Shown: positions 11,742 to 20,000 of the stretch, one piece after another
Position numbering within the stretch: position 1 is the first letter of the stretch
How the letters are laid out: each line of letters starts with the position of its first letter
Source of the DNA: Priapulus caudatus
Lineage: Eukaryota
Reading direction: 5' to 3'
DNA length: 20,000 nt
NCBI RefSeq assembly: GCF_000485595.1
Contig: NW_014577064.1
Coordinates: 265,418-285,417 of the forward strand
The notes under the pieces: generated by a model
What the model was told of the DNA's origin: nothing
The model's input: the letters and a program-made list of their open reading frames with translations, nothing else
Database searches by the model: none
Made by a program: the position numbers and the translations under genes

Positions 11742-12356
11742 GGTAATCATAACCTTAAAGCACAGGAACTTGGAACGTTTCTATAATAAAATATTTGCAA
11801 ATAAACACGAAATGTATTTACTCTGTAATGTTAGTCAATTCTCTTTCGCCTATTAATAGTAACTTTGTCTCACAAATGCAGTTCAGACGCTACTCTGCAA
11901 TACACAAATTCACCGCACGCACGCCACTGTGTACAAACTTACCGAAAGATAGGAAAAGAAAAAAAAACTCCATTTCTCTTTGGGAATGTACAGTGGCGTG
12001 TGTGCGGCGAAATTCTGTGTTGCAGAAGAGCATTTGAACGGCATTTACGTGGTATTATTAGTCGATAGAGAATATATAATTATTGAAACTTTGGTGGTAA
12101 ATACATTTCGTGTTTATATACCATCATTTTGTTATTGAAACGTTCCAAGTTCCCATGTGCTTTGGAAGGGGATTGACATGACAGGATGTCGTTCGCTGCC
12201 CTAGTGCGATCCGAGTTGCGTATTCGTGTGTCGTGGCGTCTGCGGTTAAGGCAGGGATGATACGCTATCCAGCCGAGAGGTGTCACTGTAAACGCCCCAT
12301 GCATGATGTCAGGTCAGTCGGGCTCGCGTACAATGTAGCCTTGCTTCGCTTCGAAG

Positions 12357-12420
12357 TCAGATTCAGATTCAGATTCATTTATTTTGCACTTTTCATTATT
12401 TTGTACAGATCAGTTAAGAT
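12357..12420 (-). mobile_element. Probable LINE 3' tail remnant
   Basis: Minus strand reads aataaa-tgaatc-tgaatc-tgaatc-tga, a short-repeat tail after AATAAA as in CR1/L2-group LINEs. The upstream boundary is uncertain. Confidence 0.45.
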
Positions 12421-12608
12421 AGAAGTAAAAATGGAGGGAAATTATAGAGTCGAATATGTGGTTCGTAGACAGTAGACGTAACAATTACAGTTTTATTACA
12501 CGGATAAAAGCAGTGTACACGTACCGATCAGAAGTTGCCGTCGTCTCTCCCGCTTTTACCAAAACCCATTCTTTTTAAGCCGTCCGCGTGTTCGTCGCGA
12601 CTTGATTA

Positions 12609-12805
12609 AGCCTAGCGCACACACCAGAGCAAAACACCCTGAACGTGGAGCAAAACGTGTTTCGCTCGATGTTCGTGGCTGTGTGCGGATTCCCGAAACA
12701 AAAAACATTGCTCAGCTGAGCGTGTTTCGCTGAACAAGCAATGTTTGATTCGCGGAACGTGTTTTCGCCTGAGCGTACGTTTTGCTCGGCTGTATGCGCT
12801 AGGCC
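12609..12805. mobile_element. PIF/Harbinger (Tourist-like) MITE, 197 bp
   Basis: TIRs agcctagcgcacacaccagagcaaaac / gttttgctcggctgtatgcgctaggcc. TTA at 12606-12608 and 12806-12808. Confidence 0.85.
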
Positions 12806-13107
12806 TTAGCCTTCAACTAATTTATGGCGCGGGTCGTGGATTTAACGACCGGTCGCGACTGACGTAATAAGGAACGCCGACCACCGTCGACGCTTGCCCG
12901 CTTAATGAAGGCCGTTTGATAAACCGCGACGCATTCTTGTTGAACTTAATGCGTTCGTACCATTCTGAAATGCGTTCTTCCACGTTGAATTATGTCTGCT
13001 CTTAACTATGCAGCTAATGTCTTCTGGGTCCCTCGCCGGCCGTCCCTGGACACTTGCCTGATTAATGTGCCAAATTCCCCATGTCTCTATCTCCTAGCTA
13101 AAACACC

Positions 13108-13516
13108 GTACTACAAATACAGAATATTATAGAATCGATAGGTTTAAGGTGAATGTGTGTAGTGGTCAAAGTAGCCATAAGCTTTCTAGTTGACCACTAC
13201 CATAGGTAATAAAATGTCTGAGGGAAAAGTACAATTAAACTAAATATAGGAAATAAGAGGAAAAAATATACATACATATATATATGAAACAGTAGAACAA
13301 AAAATACAATTGATGTAATAAGTAATAAGTAACAAGAACAAGAAAGCAATTATAATATAATATATAACTAATTTCTAATGGTCTTAAATTACACTAATTT
13401 AATTGATCATTACTGGCTGCCAAGAAGGCATGCATAGCTTATAATCATGTTTAAATTTACTGTGAGGCGAGGTTTTAATTTCCAGAGGTATTGTTTCCCA
13501 TATTTTTGAAACCAGA
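13108..13516 (-). mobile_element. 5'-truncated CR1 copy (last codons plus 3' UTR), same family as 18391-19932
   Basis: Colinear and highly similar by eye to 18391-~18795. Confidence 0.9.
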
Positions 13517-13726
13517 GGTAGAGAGAGTACTCATTCTAACATTGACTAAATCAATGCCAGATACACCCAAATTTCCAGCCGAGCCTCAGAAACCGATGAT
13601 TATGCTGTAGTGCGCTCGCTGTGCTCGCTGGGTGGTTAGCTCGCGATGCCACCTAAAAATCTATTAGTATAGCAGAAGCAGCAGAAGCAGGATTAGCAAC
13701 GGTGACTTTATTACATACTTCAGCTG

Positions 13727-13800
13727 CCAGGGTCTATGTCTCCCTGGGTACTGCCGGAACGTACCCTGGGTACGGTCCGGTATACCGGAACGTACCCTGG
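13727..13800. repeat. X-related motif followed by a direct/inverted repeat cluster
   Basis: ccagggtctatgtctccctgg shares the X core. ccggaacgtaccctgg occurs at 13754 and 13785, with an inverted version at 13768-13780. Confidence 0.65.
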
Positions 13801-14128
13801 TTCCATCTAATATAATACTTCACTTAAGCAATTGACTTACCAATCCACGTAAATTCGCTTTCTCTCTCTATGCCTGTCGGTACCTCCTGCTGTCTCACTG
13901 CCTTAATTGCTTATTATTATTATTATTATTATTACTGCCGACGTTTTTATGAACACACTTGGCACTCCGGTGCCACAATAAACAATTACTATATATATCC
14001 TCATTACTGGAATGCCAGGCCGGAGAATGTTTCTAGACTTATCGCATCCGAGTCTCCACTAGGGTATTAGGTAATGATATAATATCTGTCGTGTCCATTT
14101 CGCCTAGGCCACAAAGGTTGTTAATCAC

Positions 14129-15237
14129 AACTAGAAAGGCACTCGGGGAGTGCGAATCCTCCGCGTACGCAATCACTACAGCAGATTGGGTCGTTGTCGT
14201 ATCAGGTACNNNNNNNNNNNNNNNNNNNNNNNNNNNNNNNNNNNNNNNNNNNNNNNNNNNNNNNNNNNNNNNNNNNNNNNNNNNNNNNNNNNNNNNNNNN
14301 NNNNNNNNNNNNNNNNNNNNNNNNNNNNNNNNNNNNNNNNNNNNNNNNNNNNNNNNNNNNNNNNNNNNNNNNNNNNNNNNNNNNNNNNNNNNNNNNNNNN
14401 NNNNNNNNNNNNNNNNNNNNNNNNNNNNNNNNNNNNNNNNNNNNNNNNNNNNNNNNNNNNNNNNNNNNNNNNNNNNNNNNNNNNNNNNNNNNNNNNNNNN
14501 NNNNNNNNNNNNNNNNNNNNNNNNNNNNNNNNNNNNNNNNNNNNNNNNNNNNNNNNNNNNNNNNNNNNNNNNNNNNNNNNNNNNNNNNNNNNNNNNNNNN
14601 NNNNNNNNNNNNNNNNNNNNNNNNNNNNNNNNNNNNNNNNNNNNNNNNNNNNNNNNNNNNNGTCTCCCTGACCTCTGTTTGACCTGGATCGTTTAGCTAT
14701 TTCTAACTAACCTAGAAATAGCTAAACGATCCAGGTCAAACAGAGGTCAGAGAGAGATAGACCCTACGGGCGTAACTTGCAAAGCAGATATATTGATTCA
14801 TGTTTAATGCACATTTAACTACATGTATATGAACAGGGAGGAACGTTAGACCTCTAAATACATTGTACAAGCAATTAAAACAATGAAAATGGGGAAATTT
14901 TGTACGTGTAATTTGTATAAAACCTGCAAATATGCAATGTGCATGCTAAATGCATAACTACGAACTGGCTTCTTCTACAGCGCAGTGAACACACTCTGCC
15001 ACACATAACACGCCTGGAAATACCGCCTGGAACCCCCGCCCCGCGTTAGCAATGGTACGGTCCTTCCGCTATGACCCAGCGTTGGAGATATACTTAATGA
15101 CAATATACTTAATTATTATATGATAATAAGGTCAAGGTCACTTAGAATCAATGGGATTCCAGCGCTCCATACAATGCACATGTGGACCAAGTTTGAAGTG
15201 TCTACCTCTTACGGTTGCAAAGATATCGAGCGCGCGT

Positions 15238-15274
<37 letters not shown>

Positions 15275-15388
15275 CGCACGCACGCACGCACGCACGCAAC
15301 ACAAACACACAGCACACATACACACCGCCACATACATACAAACGAGCACGAAAACAATATCCTGCGCTGCACTACGTGCGGAGGATAA
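14129..15388 (-). mobile_element. Helentron-associated non-autonomous element (HINE/DINE-1-like), spanning gap 14210-14661 with nested X
   Basis: Sub-terminal IR atcctccgc (14156-14164) / gcggaggat (15378-15386); partial IR atcctgcgc (15359-15367); terminal hairpin gcactc-ggg-gagtgc (14139-14153) followed on the minus strand by ctttctagtt; internal CA/CACG microsatellite (15239-15340). Continuity across the gap is inferred. Confidence 0.7.
14662..14777. mobile_element. Unclassified repeat X, two-armed palindromic copy (copy 2; left end lost in gap)
   Basis: Perfect 38-bp inverted arms 14668-14705 / 14713-14750 with 7-nt spacer actaacc; ends tagaccctacgggcgtaact. Confidence 0.85.
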
Positions 15389-16090
15389 CAAGGAAACACC
15401 TACTGCTAGCCTAGACCTGTTGCGTATCAATTTTTTCAGTAATATAAGGTACATAGGTGCTTTTATGCAGTTACATTGCAATAATTACATTAGGATCATG
15501 TATGAGAATTCTAAGTAATACCTGTATTTTTTATTAAAGTCTTGCGTCCTAGTCATAAAGACGTATCAATGCAACACATTCACGAAACTGCTCATTTTTA
15601 TCTTTGCTTTACGATATGTCGGTATAGGAATTGATTGAGATATTGCAGAATGGTTGTGCTTGACGAACCGCGCCTCTCATGAAATCGAGGCCGTCTTGTG
15701 ACAGAAATGACTCAACCTTTTTTATCTGCATGCTTCGACATATTTCGGACAAACGTATGTATCTGATCACAATATTAGTCGTAAGGATACGCCTAATAAT
15801 AATTAACCACGATTCTCCAATAATAATTAATTGACATAACTTCAAAATTAATCCACAGTTTTCTCTCTTGAGGCACACAACATTTTGCAGCCTTACAACA
15901 GCACCTGCCTACACGACATGTGTTCGAGTCAATGCGATTGTAAAACTAGTGACGTGACTGTCTCATGAGATTTCGAGGTGATGTATGGCCCCGTATATAG
16001 ACGCACGCAATGTGCACACGGGCTGCTGAGGTACGGGAGTCAGCCGTCGATGACAGGGACTACGCTCACACGGCCAGCAACGCTCTCAAT

Positions 16091-16163
16091 TTCTAGAATG
16101 GTCTAGATGATATAGAATGGTCTAGAATGATTCTCAATGATCTAGAAGCTATAGAAACCTAGA
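16091..16163. repeat. Degenerate ~10-bp tandem repeat (TCTAGAATGG-like)
   Basis: ttctagaatg gtctagatga tatagaatgg tctagaatga ttctcaatga tctagaa. Confidence 0.7.
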
Positions 16164-16715
16164 AAAACAAACCCTAAAACATACAACACGGCGCATCACC
16201 CGCATAATATACCGGAAAAAATAGATAGCACTAGGAGCAGTCATCTGTCATTCTATCAACAGATAATATATATATAATATAGGTATCATAGCTATATCTA
16301 TTCACGTTTTCATCATAGTACGATGCATTTGGAATATTTTCACGGATGAGCGTTTACTGGGTGTGAGTTATGACAAGTCAGTATAGCGCTAACTCGTTCC
16401 GCCCATAGCCTATAGCCGTCGCAGTGAATATCGATAGATCCCCCGAACTATGCGTGCTATATACTCTCGCATCACATAGCGAGTGAAGCCCGGGACAGGG
16501 CTGGGATCGAAGCAACCAGCTGGCGCGCGCTGATCACAGACTTGGGATGTGACGCGTGTATAACTCGTGTAGGCACTTTACTGTACGCTCCACATCCTGC
16601 TTATCCAGCGGCGCGTCCAAGGGCTGACATTTCGCGTGTGTCACTGCTAACGCCAATATGGCGGCAGGCGGAAAATTTATTTTATTACGATCGGCCGCCA
16701 TGTTCCTCCCATGTA

Positions 16716-17522
16716 GGTGGTGAACAACAGTAGAGGGCGTCCATAGGCGGCAGGCCTGAATAAGCATCGAACAGATATTAATTAAAAATACTCACACTGT
16801 TACTTCGCTTACACAACATACACTTTATTCATGTTAAATAACTACAGATTCATGCTCTATGCTCCCCTCGAAACTTTTGCCAGCTCTATGATGCGAATTT
16901 CTACAAAGTTGTCTGACTACATTTCATACATAAAAATGGCCGACCGACGACCATGGCTACGCCACTAGCTGGAATGGTACAATTACACAACAAGACCAAT
17001 TTTACTTCTAATGCTTTCTAGACGCCCACGTAACGTTAATGATTACCGCTCCTGCTCGTAACGGCCGCTAGGTCCTACTCACCAGAGTAGCGAACGCAGT
17101 CAAGCGTAACATGACGACTGGTATTATAAAGGTTAGACGTCCACGAGGCATCTAAATTGCGTGCATAATGCAAATTATTGCAATTTAGTGCATCACGTGA
17201 TAAATCGTTGAAATTCCATTGGATAACGTCGCAGGTACTATGAAACAATAGTGCCCGTCTGAGCCTGTTCTCAGGCCTGAGCGGGCACTATTGCTTGCGC
17301 GACGCATTGTTATTATAACGCATTGTGTTTTAATACAAATAATAGAGGAAGGAATAGCAAACCCCCCAAAGCAACACTATGAGAACATAGTGCCCCCAAC
17401 AACAGGCATTAATATATACGTAGTGCCAAATTTCAGCAAAAAAAATGCCAAAAAAGGCATTTTCTAGAGACGAAATAGTGCAACGGTGAACAATTTGCGG
17501 AGGCTTACTGTTGTACACCTCC
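16716..17522. mobile_element. Non-autonomous TIR DNA transposon, Kolobok-like (copy 1, ~807 bp)
   Basis: 17-bp TIR ggtggtgaacaacagta (16716-16732) / tactgttgtacacctcc (17506-17522), 2 mismatches. TTAA follows on the right; the left flank is tgta (imperfect). 5'-GG termini with TTAA fit Kolobok better than piggyBac. Confidence 0.65.
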
Positions 17523-18064
17523 TTAAACAAGCAGCGGAGATACGGATCGACTTGAAATTTTTGATGAATGATTTAGACCCTTTCCCTTATACGGGTACCG
17601 AATTTAAAATGTGGCATGACTCCACGAGCTGAGAGATATCTCTCTGAAATGAGCTCCCAAAACACAGAAATCAATAGAAATTAATGTTCGCTTCATGCGG
17701 TTATGCGTAGTGTTAGAACGAGGGTTAGGGTGAATTGCAAGCAATAAGGTTAAGATATTTTGACACTGTTAGTGTTAGGAGTGCCACAATAGAGTGAAAC
17801 GAGGATAATTATCTATTTTCTGGCACCAAATATGTGTAAAATTAGTGTATCTTAATGTAGATATGTAAATACATGTACATATGTACACGGATATGTACAT
17901 GTTTACATAAAATACATGTATAAATGTCATTTGAACATGCATGTGAGTCATGTGACTAAAAAGTAAAAACCATGCTAGAGGACTTGCATAACTGATTTTC
18001 TTTAACATAAAACTCAATGATTCGATTTCCTTGGCAGAACAGCTCTCCTTACCAGGCGGTTTAA

Positions 18065-18388
18065 GGTGGTGAACAACAGTAGATGGCGTCCATAGGCAGC
18101 AGGCCTGAATAAGCATCGAACAGATATTAATTAAAAATACTCACACTGTTACTCGCTTACACAACATACACTTTATTAATGGTAAATAACTACAGATTCA
18201 TGCTCTATGCTCCGCTCGAAACTTTTGCCAGCTCTATAATGCGAATTTCTACAAAGTTGTCCGACTACATTTCATACACAAAAATGGCCGACCGGCGACC
18301 ATGGCTACGCCACTAGCTGGAATAGCACAATTACACAACAAGACCAATTTTACTTCTAATGCTTTCTAGACGTCCACGAGGCATCTAA
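18065..18388. mobile_element. Kolobok-like element, truncated copy 2
   Basis: TTAA (18061-18064) then ggtggtgaacaacagta. Colinear with 16716-17155 minus 115 bp. Ends at the CR1 3' end. Confidence 0.75.
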
Positions 18389-18390
18389 CA

Positions 18391-19932
18391 GTACTACAAA
18401 TACAGAATATTATAGAATCGATAGGTTTAAGGTGAATGTGTGTAGTGGTCAAAGTAGCCATAAGCTTTCTAGTTGACCACTACCACAGGTAATAAAATGT
18501 CTGAGGGAAAAGTACAATTAAACTAAATATAGGAAATAAGAGGAAAAAATATACATACATACATATATGAAACAGTAGAACAAAAAATACAATTGATGTA
18601 ATAAGTAATAAGTAACAAGAATAAGAAAGCAATTATAATATAATATATAACTAATTTGGAATGGTCCTAAATAACACCAATTTAATAGATCATTACTGGC
18701 TGCCAAGAAGAAATAGCTTATAATCATGTTTAAATTTACTGAGGCGAGGTTTTAATTTCAAGAGGAATTGTTTCCCATATCCTTGAAGCCTGAGACTTAA
18801 ATCGAGATAAACCATAGTTTGTCCTGGAGGCTGGTCTGTGTAGATTACCCTTTGAGGCATACCTAGTGTTGTGATTATGTATTTGTAAAGCAGAAGGAAT
18901 TAGATCAATAAAGGCTGCAGGAATATCCGTTTTAACATACTTGATTTTGTGTACAAGAGTTGAGATTTTAAGTTTAAAAACATTATCAACATTTAGAATG
19001 TCTAGAAGGTTGTAGTATGGGGTAGCACTTTCTCTTTTTTTAGCAAAGAAGATGGAACGCATACATTTATTCTGTTTTGTTTTGATTTTTTGTAATCGAG
19101 TTTGGTAGGCAGTCCCCCAGCTCATTAGGCCATAATTAAGATATGGGTATATGAGGGTATAAAAAGTTGTCTAAGGGTGCTAATAGAAACATATTGTCTA
19201 AGTTTGTTTAGCATACCTATATTTTTTGCCAGTGTGTTTTATCTGTGCATCCCATTGTAAATGGTCATCAATAAAAACATCCAAATATTTTATCTGTGTT
19301 CTTTTTTCTATGTTACATGTAGTTATTGAAATAATAGGCTTTTTCCTAGGGGAAGTAATGAGCACGTATTTTGTCTTCTTAAAGTTAATTAAAAGTTTGT
19401 TCACAGCACAGTATTCTAAGACATTTGCAAGTTCATCGTTTATAACCTTTTCTAATTCATTTAAATCTTTTGAGGAATAAAAAATATTGGTATCATCTGC
19501 AAATATTTTAAATAATAATTTATTGGAGGAATTTGAGAGGTCATTTATATATAAGAGGAATAGGATACTTTTTGTACATCTGTATTTTTTCAGGGTTTTT
19601 ACTAAGGAAATGTGTACGATACATTTTTGGTTTTCTTTTAATCGATTTCAGAATTCCTCCTCTAATCCATGGTATATTTAATTGTTTTTGTTTACTCCGA
19701 GTGGCCTGTTTTATAGGGGCTTGTTTATAGTATGAATTGCCTCATTGGTTTTCTCATTCAGGCTTTTTGTAGGTAATAAAATTTCTTCCCAGTCTATAAG
19801 GTTTATGTCATGTAGAAATTGTTCATTATTGAATTTAGAATAACCTCTATAGAATGGCTTACTCGTAGTTTTTCTTATTTGTATTTTAACAATACAGAAC
19901 ACTGGTAAGTGGTCAAATAGATTAACAGTAGC
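18391..19932 (-). mobile_element. Decayed CR1-type LINE: end of AP-endonuclease, linker, internal deletion, C-terminal RT, 3' UTR
   Basis: ATVNLFDHLPVFCIV…FNNEQFLHDINLIDWEEIL… then ILFLLYINDLSNSS…FKIFADDTNIF…NKLLINFKKTKY…IKYLDVFIDDHLQW…MSWGTAYQT…QNKCMRSI…HNHNTRYA…IWETIPLEIK, with stops and frameshifts. Confidence 0.93.
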
Positions 19933-20000
19933 GCAGATAAGGTCTATGTCCCCCTGACCTCTGTTTGACCTAGCTCGTTTAGCTATTTCTGACTAATATA
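19933..20000. mobile_element. Unclassified repeat X arm (copy 3, inverted relative to copy 1; at window edge)
   Basis: gcagataa-ggtctatgtccccctgacctctgtttgacctagctcgtttagctatttctgactaa matches the left arm of copy 2. Confidence 0.8.

Noticed and set aside
14091..14696. ORFs spanning gap 14210-14661
   Set aside because: Mostly N.
16485..16530. B-box-like ttcgatccc (minus strand) suggesting a tRNA or SINE
   Set aside because: No A-box at a suitable distance and no cloverleaf.
16716..18388. Direct repeats as LTRs of a TRIM/LTR element
   Set aside because: No TG…CA termini, PBS or PPT; better explained by a TIR/TTAA element.

Overview
Repeat-dominated, non-genic DNA from a draft eukaryotic assembly, most likely an invertebrate animal (inferred from the TE families and microsatellite load; species not determinable). 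There are four N-gaps. I could not support any intact host gene, RNA gene or CRISPR array. Contents: a decayed, 5'-truncated R4/Dong-like RLE retrotransposon bounded by TAA microsatellite; several CR1-type LINE fragments; two PIF/Harbinger non-autonomous elements with TTA TSDs, one keeping a MADF-like remnant; a Helentron-like (HINE/DINE-1-type) element; a TTAA-associated Kolobok-like element in two copies; and an unclassified palindromic repeat ('X') in three copies plus a related motif. The most striking structure is the ~9.4 kb block 10556-19932. Its two ends read as consecutive codons of a CR1 endonuclease (…NIIPGI | ATVNLFDHLPVF…) in swapped order, and each end abuts an X arm. This suggests a circularly permuted segment.
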